Shown here in pieces: positions 1 to 6,957 of a stretch of 17,433 nucleotides of DNA; position 1 is the stretch's first letter; the number at the start of each line of letters is the position of its first letter. The position numbers and the translations under genes were made by a program. The notes beneath the pieces are model-generated. The model was not told the origin of the DNA, did no database searches, and saw only the letters and a list, made by a program, of their open reading frames with translations. The DNA comes from Candidatus Rokuibacteriota bacterium (GTDB lineage Bacteria > Methylomirabilota > Methylomirabilia > Rokubacteriales > DASRDR01), in contig JBIOTN010000185.1 in assembly GCA_044866005.1 (NCBI GenBank), positions 1 through 17,433 on the forward strand, given 5' to 3'.

Positions 1-14
1 CCCCCCCCCCCGAC
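1..14. repeat. Partial REP-like intergenic repeat (C-run right arm, CCCCCCCGAC) abutting the SDR stop codon
   Basis: C11-GAC resembles the right arm ACCCCCGAGAC of the hairpin at 7511-7536. That hairpin also lies directly 3' of a minus-strand SDR gene. Truncated by the window edge. Confidence 0.4.
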
Positions 15-806
15 TCAATAGAGGCCACGGACCAGGCCCCCGTCCACCTGCACCGTGACCCCGGTCACGTACGAGGCGCGCTCGGAAGCGAGGAAGACCA
101 CCATGTTGGCAACCTCTTCGGGCTGCCCGATCCGGCCCACCGGGATCGAGGCCATGTCTTGCCGGACGAACTCCTCGAAGGGCAGCCCCGCGGCCTTCGC
201 CCGGTGCTCCAGGAAGCTCCGGGAGCGGTCGGTCAGGATCCGCCCGGGGCAGACGGTGTTGACGGTGATCCCGTCACGGCTCACCTCGTTGACGAGCGAC
301 CGCGTGAGGCCGGCGACGCCCGGCCGGATCGCGTTGGAGAGGAGGAGACCGTCGATGGGCTGTTTGATGGACGTCGACTGGATGTTGATGATCCGGCCCC
401 ACCGGCGCTGTCGCATGTGCGGCAGCACCTCCCGGATCAGGCGCACGGTCGAGAGGAGGTTCAGCTCGAAGGCGGCCTGCCACTCCGCGTCCGTCATCTG
501 ATCGAAGGGGCCGGGCGGCGGCCCGCCCGCGTTGGTGACGAGGACGTCGACACCGCCGAAGGCCTCGCCCGTCCGCGCCACGAGCCCGCGCACCTCCTCC
601 GCCTTCCGGACGTCCGCCGGAACGGCCAGCACCTCGGCGCCCGTCTCCCGCCGGATCGCGTCCGCCGTCTTCAGGAGCTCGTCGGCGGCACGAGCGCAGA
701 TCGCGACCCGCGCGCCCTCCGCGGCCAGGCCCCGCGCGCACGCGCGGCCGATGCCTTTCGAGGCCGCGGCGACGATCACGGCCCGTCCCTTGAGTCCGAG
801 ATCCAT
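15..806 (-). CDS. Short-chain dehydrogenase/reductase (BKR-like atypical SDR, 3-oxoacyl-ACP reductase-like), 263 aa
   Basis: Rossmann motif AAASKGIG, VDVLVTNAGG, WGRIINI, PGRILT and C-terminal VVFLASERASYVTGVTVQVDGG. SD AGGAG upstream. The canonical YxxxK is replaced by SNAIR. Confidence 0.92.
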   Translation of the reverse strand: MDLGLKGRAVIVAAASKGIGRACARGLAAEGARVAICARAADELLKTADAIRRETGAEVLAVPADVRKAEEVRGLVARTGEAFGGVDVLVTNAGGPPPGPFDQMTDAEWQAAFELNLLSTVRLIREVLPHMRQRRWGRIINIQSTSIKQPIDGLLLSNAIRPGVAGLTRSLVNEVSRDGITVNTVCPGRILTDRSRSFLEHRAKAAGLPFEEFVRQDMASIPVGRIGQPEEVANMVVFLASERASYVTGVTVQVDGGLVRGLY

Positions 807-830
807 GTCAGGCTCCTAGCGCGCGGCGCG

Positions 831-854
831 CCGCCCGGACGCGCGTCCGGGCGG
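831..854. other. Perfect 24-bp GC palindrome between two co-directional genes (mRNA-stabilising hairpin or weak terminator)
   Basis: CCGCCCGGACGC|GCGTCCGGGCGG. There is no U-tract on either strand. Confidence 0.5.
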
Positions 855-865
855 GCGACGTGCGG

Positions 866-1594
866 TCACGACCCGGAGAGCAGGCGTTCCAGAACCGGGA
901 TCTCCGCGATCTTCTCGGGCGTGAGCGCCTCGGGATCGATGCCCCGCGGGCGCGGGAACGCCGGCGTGAGCCGGATCGCGCCCTCGGGGGTGACCACGAC
1001 GTCGACGGGGACGTCGTGCGGACGCATCTCGAGCGCTTGCGGGACGATCTGGAGCGGGTGCACGGTCGTGACGACGCGGGTCTTCGGCCCGATCTTGCCC
1101 CTCTCGGCGAGCAGCCCGTACTCGAGGTCCGAGAAGCCGCCCCCCTTCCCCACGCGGGCGCCCCGGGCGTTGACCGCGACGGACCCGCACACGATGAGGT
1201 CGATCGGCGGCACCGTGTCCAGCTCGACGGGCCGGCCCAGCCGTTCCGCGCCCTTGATCGAGGCCGCCTGGAGCGCCCGCTTGCCGAGCCGCGCGGGCTC
1301 GAGCACGAGGAAGCACTCCAGCGTCCGGAGCCGCGGCACCGCCATGTACACGACCTTCCCCTCCCGGAGCGCCAGCCGCCGCACCGGGAGCTGCGGCGCG
1401 TCCGGATTGATCTTGACCACACCCGCCTCTCGCCACGCGCGCAGCGACTGGAGCTGGAGCGCCGCGCGCTCCGCGCCGATGAAGTTCGGAATGCGCCCCT
1501 TCGTGCCGGGAAACCGCGCGACCCCGCGCACTTCCATCACGCGCCAGATCATCTCGCGCACCTCGGCCTTCGAGGAGGGGAGTGTCGGCCTCAT
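866..1594 (-). CDS. 5-formyltetrahydrofolate cyclo-ligase family protein (MTHFSD/archaeal-like type), 242 aa
   Basis: KAEVREMIW, GRIPNFIGAERAA, KINPDAPQLPVR, DLIVCGSVAV, RVGKGGGFSDLEY, TTVHPLQIV and HDVPVDVVVTP. ATG at 1594 is in frame with track ORF 866..1957, whose N-terminal extension is shadow sequence. Confidence 0.9.
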   Translation of the reverse strand: MRPTLPSSKAEVREMIWRVMEVRGVARFPGTKGRIPNFIGAERAALQLQSLRAWREAGVVKINPDAPQLPVRRLALREGKVVYMAVPRLRTLECFLVLEPARLGKRALQAASIKGAERLGRPVELDTVPPIDLIVCGSVAVNARGARVGKGGGFSDLEYGLLAERGKIGPKTRVVTTVHPLQIVPQALEMRPHDVPVDVVVTPEGAIRLTPAFPRPRGIDPEALTPEKIAEIPVLERLLSGS

Positions 1595-1654
1595 CGGGAT
1601 CGGGCGGCGAGATCCGGATCGGCGAGGGCGGAAGCCGCGGGCGGGACCACGACT

Positions 1655-1671
1655 CGGTTGTAATACAACCG
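1655..1671. promoter_or_regulatory. AT-rich perfect palindrome, candidate transcription-factor operator (GntR/FadR-like)
   Basis: CGGTTGTA-A-TACAACCG, about 60 nt upstream of the cyclo-ligase ATG, in a GC-rich background. Confidence 0.55.
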
Positions 1672-1748
1672 CCCGGTCCGCGCAAGGCGTCAGCCGGAGG
1701 TTCGGGAGCGAGGCGCTCGCGCCGGTGGGACCGCTGCGCGGCCCGGGC

Positions 1749-2609
1749 TTACTCCGGCCGCTCGAACCGGAAGATGTCGTTCCGGTCGCCGGGGTCGGGC
1801 TTCTCCACGCGGTCCTTCCACGCCAGCACGATCCCCGGCGCGGACGCCCGCAAGGTCTCGAGCGCCACGCGGACGAAGACCCGGTCCGCTTCCCGCCAGT
1901 CGCCGATCGTCGTGTCCGAGGCCATGTCCGCCGGCCCGCTCGCCGTGACCGTGGCATTGGTATGAGCGGGCACCAGGCTCCGCGCCACGAGAAGATCGAC
2001 GCCGTCGGCCCCGCGGAACGGATCGGCCCCCGGGGCCAGCGTCACGGGTCGACCGAACGGGCGCCTGACGACCGGGACGCCGGGGCCGGCGAACAGCGCC
2101 GCCGGCGCCAACGGGAGCGCCCGGAGCCCGTGCGGCGAGGCGATCAGGATCGTCTCCAGCACCTGCCGGGTCACGTTCATCTCGCCGCCGATCTCCACGA
2201 CGAGGACGTCTCCCGGCCGGGCGGTCTCCGGCACCACCTGGATCTCCGTCCAGGCCGCGGTCCCGGCCCGCGGCAGGATCCCGGCGAGCCGGAACGCGCC
2301 CCGCCCGCCGAGCGTCGCGGCCTCCGCGGCGGGGAGCACGCGAACCGGCTTGTCGACCAGCGCCTCGCGGGGAATCCTGTCCCGCTGCCAGGAGAACACC
2401 GCCCGGTCCACGACACCGCGCTCGAGCAGCTCGAGCAGCCGGGCATCCGGGGACGCGACGGTCCCGCCGTATCGGTTCAGCAGCCACTGCGAGACGTTGG
2501 CGACGCGCAGGGTCGCGGGCGGCGCCTGAGCCTCGAGCCGCGGGCTCCCCGCGGTCACCACCGCGCCCAGGAGGATCAGCCGGACGGCCATTCGAAGGTA
2601 ACGACCCAT
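1749..2609 (-). CDS. Hypothetical exported protein, about 286 aa (alternative start at 2591)
   Basis: MGRYLRMAVRLILLGAVVTAGSPRLEAQA looks like a signal peptide with an LEA/AQA cleavage site. Composition is globular. No family recognised. Confidence 0.72.
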   Translation of the reverse strand: MGRYLRMAVRLILLGAVVTAGSPRLEAQAPPATLRVANVSQWLLNRYGGTVASPDARLLELLERGVVDRAVFSWQRDRIPREALVDKPVRVLPAAEAATLGGRGAFRLAGILPRAGTAAWTEIQVVPETARPGDVLVVEIGGEMNVTRQVLETILIASPHGLRALPLAPAALFAGPGVPVVRRPFGRPVTLAPGADPFRGADGVDLLVARSLVPAHTNATVTASGPADMASDTTIGDWREADRVFVRVALETLRASAPGIVLAWKDRVEKPDPGDRNDIFRFERPE

Positions 2610-2730
2610 GCCAGCGCCTCGAGACCAGTGTCCAGCAGATTGCCGGGAAATCAAGCGGCGCGCCGGCCGGGCCGCCGTCGATCCGGGATGGGGCCGCGGG
2701 CGCTCGCGCACCCTTTTCTCCCGTCCGAGG

Positions 2731-2761
2731 TTGCCGCCGGCCTCCGGCGCGATGTTAGAAT
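2731..2761 (+). promoter_or_regulatory. Putative sigma70 extended -10 promoter for the DsbA-like gene
   Basis: TGtTAGAAT at 2753-2761, with a possible -35 TTGCCG at 2731-2736 (19-nt spacer). Lies 19 nt upstream of GTG 2781. Confidence 0.5.
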
Positions 2762-2780
2762 CGCTGAGAGAGCGCGGCAC

Positions 2781-3377
2781 GTGGAGATCATCGAGTTCGC
2801 CGACTACCTCTGACCCTGGTGCTACCCGGCGGCCGTGCGCCTCCGGCAGCTCCAGACCGAGATGGGAGACCGCCTCACGCTGCGCTGGCGCGCCTTCCCG
2901 CTCCGGCCGGCGCCCGATCCGACCGCGACGTTCGCCGGGACCTATCGCGAGGCGGCGTGGCGGCGCTGCCGGGATCTCGCCACGGACACGGGCCTGCGCT
3001 TCCGGATGTGGGAGCGGCCGGACTTTCCGACCTGGAGCCTCCCCGCACTCGAGGCGGCGAAGTGCGTGGCCCTGCAGGGCGAGGCGGCCTTCGAGGCGGT
3101 TCACCTCAAGCTCTACGCCGCCTTCTTCGAGGAAGGCGTCAACATCGGCGTCCCGGAAGAGGTGACTGCGATCGTGCGCACGGTCGCGGGCCTGGACGTG
3201 GCGCGCTTCCTCGCGGACTACGAGGCCGGCAAGGGCCGCCAGCCGGTCCTCGACGACTACGAGGCCGCGGTGCGCGAGCACGGCGTCCGGGCGATTCCCA
3301 CCGTCATCGTCGACGGCGGACGGCGGATCGTGGGGGCCGTTTCGCTCGCCGAGTACCGCCGGGCGCTCGCCGCGTGA
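2781..3377 (+). CDS. DsbA/FrnE-family thioredoxin-fold oxidoreductase, predicted selenoprotein (Sec at TGA 2811-2813, UPWC motif), 198 aa
   Basis: Reads GTG GAG ATC ATC GAG TTC GCC GAC TAC CTC TGA CCC TGG TGC TAC = MEIIEFADYL-U-PWCY, matching the FrnE D-x-x-C-P-W-C-Y motif. The frame continues into LRWRAFPLRP...LYAAFFEEG...GVRAIPTVIVDG (cis-Pro loop). A hairpin follows the TGA directly. Confidence 0.88.
2816..2855 (+). promoter_or_regulatory. Candidate bacterial SECIS element
   Basis: Stem-loop CTGG/CCAG, GCT/AGC, CCGG/CCGG, GGC/GCC with apical loop CGUGC (2834-2838). The loop starts 20 nt after the UGA and has GU at loop positions 2-3. Confidence 0.7.
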
Positions 3378-3429
3378 GGGCGGCGGACATGCTGGCGCAG
3401 CGGGTGACCTGAAAGGAGCGCTCTCCCGA

Positions 3430-4089
3430 GTGACCGAGCTCCAGCCGCCTCCGATTCAGCTCGACACCGAGGACCCGTGGCGGGTCTACAAGATCATGAA
3501 CGAGTTCGTCACGGGCTTCGAGGCGTTGTCGACGGTCCCGCCGGCTGTCGCCTTCTTCGGATCCTCGCGCGCAACCCCCGACGACCCGGCTTACGCCCTG
3601 GCGGAGAAGACCGCGCGCCTGCTCGCGGAGCACGGCTTCACGGTGCTGACCGGTGGCGGCCCCGGCATCATGGAGGCCGCGAGCAAAGGCGCGATGGAGG
3701 CCGGCGGGCTCTCCATCGGGCTCAACATCGACCTGCCCCAGGAGCAGGCCCCGAACCCCTACCTCGGCAAGCTCCTCAACTTCCGGTACTTCTTCGTCCG
3801 CAAGGTGATGTTCGTGAAGTACTCGGTGGGGTTCGTGATCGCGCCGGGCGGCTACGGGACGCTCGACGAGCTGTTCGAGGCCACCACGCTGGTCCAGACC
3901 CGCCGGATCCGGCCGTTCCCGGTGATCCTCCTCGGGGCGGCGTACTGGCAGGGACTGCTGGACTGGCTGTGCAGCGTGGTCGTCGCCCAGCGGCGCGTCT
4001 CGCCCGACGAGCTCGCGATCCTGCGTCTCGCGGACACCCCCGAGGAGGTCCTCGCCCACCTGCGCTCCGCGAGCCCCGCGCTGCCCTGA
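3430..4089 (+). CDS. LOG family (TIGR00730-type) Rossmann-fold nucleotide phosphoribohydrolase, 219 aa
   Basis: FFGSSR, TGGGPGIMEAASKGA, IGLNIDLPQEQAPNPY, FRYFFVRKVMFVKYS and PGGYGTLDELFE. AAGGAG lies upstream of the GTG. Confidence 0.93.
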   Translation: MTELQPPPIQLDTEDPWRVYKIMNEFVTGFEALSTVPPAVAFFGSSRATPDDPAYALAEKTARLLAEHGFTVLTGGGPGIMEAASKGAMEAGGLSIGLNIDLPQEQAPNPYLGKLLNFRYFFVRKVMFVKYSVGFVIAPGGYGTLDELFEATTLVQTRRIRPFPVILLGAAYWQGLLDWLCSVVVAQRRVSPDELAILRLADTPEEVLAHLRSASPALP

Positions 4090-4118
4090 GCCGCCCGGGC
4101 CGCCGCGCCCGGGAATGC

Positions 4119-4150
4119 AAACGAGCCGGGATCCTGCGATCCCGGCTCGT
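4119..4150 (-). terminator. Intrinsic terminator-like hairpin between the convergent LOG and RRM genes
   Basis: 13-bp stem ACGAGCCGGGATC/GATCCCGGCTCGT with a 4-nt loop. On the minus strand the stem ends in a short U-rich tail (UUUGCAUU). Confidence 0.7.
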
Positions 4151-4177
4151 CACTCTCCGCGGCCCGTACGGCGCGCG

Positions 4178-4507
4178 CTACCGCCGGCCCCAGCCGCCTC
4201 CGCCCCCGCCCCCCGGGCCACCCTCGCGCCGCCCGCGGCCGCCGCCCGGCGTCCGGTTCGGCTGGGGTCGGGCCTCGTTCACGACGAGGTTCCGATCCCG
4301 GAACAGCCGACCGTTGAGCTGCTCGATCGCTCGCTCCGCCTCCTCCTTCGTGGACATCTCCACGAAGCCGAAGCCGCGCGGTCGACCCGTGAACTGATCG
4401 GTGATGATCCGGACCGACTCGACGGTCCCGGCCTGCTGGAAGAGCTCGCGCAGGTCCTCCTCCGTCGCCTGATACGACAGATTGCCCACGAAGAGCTTAG
4501 CGGACAT
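4178..4507 (-). CDS. RNA-binding protein, single RRM (RNP-1) with Gly/Arg-rich tail, 109 aa
   Basis: RNP2 [11 protein letters not shown]1 [16 protein letters not shown] and a [22 protein letters not shown] tail. Strong SD CAGGAGGT before ATG 4507. Confidence 0.95.
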   Translation of the reverse strand: MSAKLFVGNLSYQATEEDLRELFQQAGTVESVRIITDQFTGRPRGFGFVEMSTKEEAERAIEQLNGRLFRDRNLVVNEARPQPNRTPGGGRGRREGGPGGGGGGGWGRR

Positions 4508-4609
4508 CGGACACCTCCTGAGCGGGGCCGAGACAACAATGCCCCCAAAGAGCCTGGACTCTTTGAGGGCACGCGAGCGAGTGTGCCAAGGGTGACCTTT
4601 CGCGCCGTT

Positions 4610-4661
4610 ACCGTACTCGCCCGTCCGGGGCGGTGTCAAGCATTCATTTTAGGGAAACCCT
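4610..4661 (-). promoter_or_regulatory. Sigma70-type promoter of the RRM gene with an AT-rich UP-like tract and an upstream palindrome
   Basis: TTGACA (4639-4634), 18-nt spacer, TACGGT (4615-4610). AAAATGAATG lies upstream, and AGGG-AAA-CCCT is at 4651-4661. Confidence 0.6.
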
Positions 4662-4701
4662 TAGCGCCGGCGGCGCGCGCGCCCGGCAACGGCTCGAACC
4701 G

Positions 4702-5511
4702 TCAGCCCCTCAGGAACTCGTCGACGAGACGGACGAAGACGTCCGGCTGCTCCAGGTGCGGGATGTGGCCGGCCCCCTCGATCACCTCGAGCCGCGAGCC
4801 CTGGATCGTGCGGTGCAGGAACTCCGCCTGGACGCGCGGCGTCAACCGGTCATCGCTCCCGACGATGACGAGCGTCGGGGCCCTCACCGCAGGGAGGCGG
4901 TCGCGGAGGTCGAAGGCCATGAGACCACGCATCACGGCCTGGATCACGTCGGGATCGAGCTGGAGGTTGCGCGCGCGATACTCGTCCAGGGCCCGGGGAT
5001 GGGCCGCGCGGAAGGCGGCGGAGAAGACCTGGGGGATCGCCGTCTCGGCATAGTAGGCGAGCCCGTGCTCGCGCACGGCGGCGATGCGGGCCTCGAGCGC
5101 GGCCACGAAGGCGGAGGTCGGATAGCCCCAGGTGTCCTCCAGGACCAGTGCTCTGACGCGATGCGGGTGCTCGACGGCGAGTGTCTGGCCGATGGCGCCG
5201 CCCATGGAGAGACCGCAGACCGCCACGGCGCCGAGGCCGAGGTGGTCCAGGAGCGCGACCACGTCGTCGGCGAGGAGCCGGACCGAATACTCGCTGCGGG
5301 GCTTCGCGGAGGCGCCGTGCCCGCGGAGATCCGGCGCAACGACTCGCCGGGCGGGGGTGAAGGCGGGAATCACGCCGTCCCAGATCTGCCCCGAGCTGCC
5401 CAGCCCGTGTAGGAGCAGCAGAGGCGGCGCGCCTCCCGCCGGCCCGGGCCCGGCGCTCCCGCCGGTATCCCGATAATGAACCCGCACCCCGTTCACGCTC
5501 GCCTCAGGCAT
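4702..5511 (-). CDS. Alpha/beta-fold hydrolase (3-oxoadipate enol-lactonase PcaD-like), 269 aa
   Basis: LLLHGLGSS, PDLRGHGAS, nucleophile elbow GLSMGG, TLVIVGSDD and catalytic GAGH. Confidence 0.92.
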   Translation of the reverse strand: MPEASVNGVRVHYRDTGGSAGPGPAGGAPPLLLLHGLGSSGQIWDGVIPAFTPARRVVAPDLRGHGASAKPRSEYSVRLLADDVVALLDHLGLGAVAVCGLSMGGAIGQTLAVEHPHRVRALVLEDTWGYPTSAFVAALEARIAAVREHGLAYYAETAIPQVFSAAFRAAHPRALDEYRARNLQLDPDVIQAVMRGLMAFDLRDRLPAVRAPTLVIVGSDDRLTPRVQAEFLHRTIQGSRLEVIEGAGHIPHLEQPDVFVRLVDEFLRG

Positions 5512-5576
5512 CCCCAGACCTCGACTGCCCCGCCATCAAAAGGACGCTCACAAGGGCCAACCGGCACGCCGTAACG

Positions 5577-5657
5577 AACCCCTCCGAGCGCCGGCCTTGG
5601 CGGCGCCTCTTTACAGAGAGGCGCCGCGCGGATGCTACGCCTCTTCAGAGAGGGGTT
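5577..5657. repeat. Nested inverted-repeat structure at the left edge of the accessory islet
   Basis: Outer stem AACCCCTC (5577-5584)/GAGGGGTT (5650-5657). Inner 11-bp stem GCGGCGCCTCT (5600-5610)/AGAGGCGCCGC (5617-5627). A related second copy CGCCTCTTCAGAGAGG is at 5638-5653. Confidence 0.55.
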
Positions 5658-5703
5658 TTCAAGCACCCTCCCTGGGGCGAGCGTCCACGCCTCAGGCCTC
5701 GAT

Positions 5704-6567
5704 CTACCTCAGGTCTGCCCAACCTTGCCCGAACATCGGCAAGTCTCGGTCAAACGCATCATCGGCAATTCCTGCGGAGAGGCCGCAGTGGAATGCAATC
5801 TCCCTGTACCACTCACGGCGCTGCGGACGCACCTTGATTCTCTTCGTCGGGATCGATGCACTGAGAAGTCCTCGTTCCGAACGCTGAACGTCATCCGGGA
5901 TTATCAGATGATTCTGGATCCGGAGAACGGTGAAGACGAGCCACTGAATCAACAGGCCCGGAGGACCAGGCGGGTACTGGTCCAAGTCGGCATCCAGCTT
6001 CAAGTAGGTCTTGGCGACACGCTTCACCACTCCACGGTCAGCGAAGAGTACGACTAGGAGCTCGCCTCGGGGTACGGTAATCGCGAGCGCCCAGTAAGAG
6101 GGCGGTACGTCTATCAAGGCTCTCAGCCCGCTAAGCTTGAACCGAAACACCGATCCGAACGGAAAGGGCCGAACCTTGAAGTCGGGGTGATCGAAGTACT
6201 TGAACGCATGGAGGATAAACTCGCTTTTGAACGTGGCCATGTCTCGCGGGAGAAGAGGCCCCGAATCGGGACTTCGCCGATCCAACTTGAGCGTGGAGTC
6301 GCGGAGAGCGAGACCGTAGCGAATCTTCAGCGCCCATAGGTAATGCTCCTGTGGGTTCGCTGACCCCTCTTGGATCTTCTTCTCGAGGCGACCGAACCGC
6401 TCGTTGTTGCAGGGTCCGCAGGCAGGAATCTTCGCCTGCCGATACGGCAGGCTCGTACCATTCCAAAGGGTGACAGGTTCGTTTCGGAGGTCGAAGTGCG
6501 CCTGAAGCCACCCTGGTATCACGTGCTCCTGAGTGGTCGCGATGCTGTGGCAGAAGGAACAGCCCAC
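5704..6567 (-). CDS. Hypothetical protein with N-terminal Zn-finger/HNH-nuclease-like domain, 287 aa
   Basis: CSFC-x7-EHVIPGW...ACGPCNNERF gives the CxxC...EH...CxxCNN pattern of HNH endonucleases. GC is clearly lower than the flanks (two sampled 60-nt lines gave 30/60 and 31/60). GTG start with GAGG upstream. Confidence 0.75.
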   Translation of the reverse strand: MGCSFCHSIATTQEHVIPGWLQAHFDLRNEPVTLWNGTSLPYRQAKIPACGPCNNERFGRLEKKIQEGSANPQEHYLWALKIRYGLALRDSTLKLDRRSPDSGPLLPRDMATFKSEFILHAFKYFDHPDFKVRPFPFGSVFRFKLSGLRALIDVPPSYWALAITVPRGELLVVLFADRGVVKRVAKTYLKLDADLDQYPPGPPGLLIQWLVFTVLRIQNHLIIPDDVQRSERGLLSASIPTKRIKVRPQRREWYREIAFHCGLSAGIADDAFDRDLPMFGQGWADLR

Positions 6568-6598
6568 CGCAGGCGCCTCGCTTCGAGCGACGTCTATC

Positions 6599-6645
6599 TT
6601 GACCAGAGGTCACGGGAACGCATATCATGAAATTGATTAATGAAT
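6599..6645 (+). promoter_or_regulatory. Promoter and candidate autoregulatory operators of the TA operon
   Basis: TTGACC (6599-6604), 18-nt spacer, TATCAT (6623-6628). Inverted repeats TGACC-AGA-GGTCA (6600-6612) and ATTgATTAATgAAT (6632-6645) overlap the promoter. Confidence 0.6.
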
Positions 6646-6669
6646 CCACCCATGCCGAAGGGGGTATAA

Positions 6670-6954
6670 ATGCCTAGACAGCCCATGACCACCACTATCC
6701 CTGCCTACGTCGCCCGCACCCAGCTCGGCTCCATCCTCAAGCAGGTGGCCGAGCGCAAGGCGCGGTTCGTCATCACGAAGAGCGGCAGGCCGACGGCCGT
6801 CATCCTCGGCGCCACGGACTTCGACGACATCCTCGAGGAGCTCGACCCCGAGCTCCAGAAGAGCCTCAAGGTCGCCGCCAAAGAGCACCGGGCCGGCAAG
6901 AGCCTCTCGCTCAAGGAGTACCTCAAGGAGCGTCTCGCCCGCCGGGCCGGCTAG
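6670..6954 (+). CDS. Type II antitoxin, Phd/YefM family, 94 aa (alternative start 6685)
   Basis: TIPAYVARTQLGSILKQV...FVITKSGRPTAVIL is the Phd/YefM DNA-binding signature. Directly upstream of the toxin. Confidence 0.9.
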   Translation: MPRQPMTTTIPAYVARTQLGSILKQVAERKARFVITKSGRPTAVILGATDFDDILEELDPELQKSLKVAAKEHRAGKSLSLKEYLKERLARRAG

Positions 6955-6957
6955 GGG

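Noticed and set aside
159..2813. 884-aa plus-strand ORF
   Set aside because: Antisense shadow of three real minus-strand genes, with low-complexity Arg/Pro/Gly translation. Only its last 10 sense codons are real, as the start of the selenoprotein.
2835..3377. 180-aa ORF as a stand-alone gene, or the locus as a nonsense pseudogene
   Set aside because: It would lack the CxxC. The single TGA falls exactly on the catalytic Cys and is followed by a SECIS-like hairpin, so Sec recoding is the better explanation.
3389..3426. Mini-ORF MLAQRVT and a 4-bp hairpin over the LOG Shine-Dalgarno
   Set aside because: Too short and weak to distinguish from chance.
4572..4589. Possible sigma54 promoter (TGGCAC...) upstream of the RRM gene
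   Set aside because: GG-to-GC spacing is 11 rather than the required 10 nt, and a good sigma70 promoter is present.
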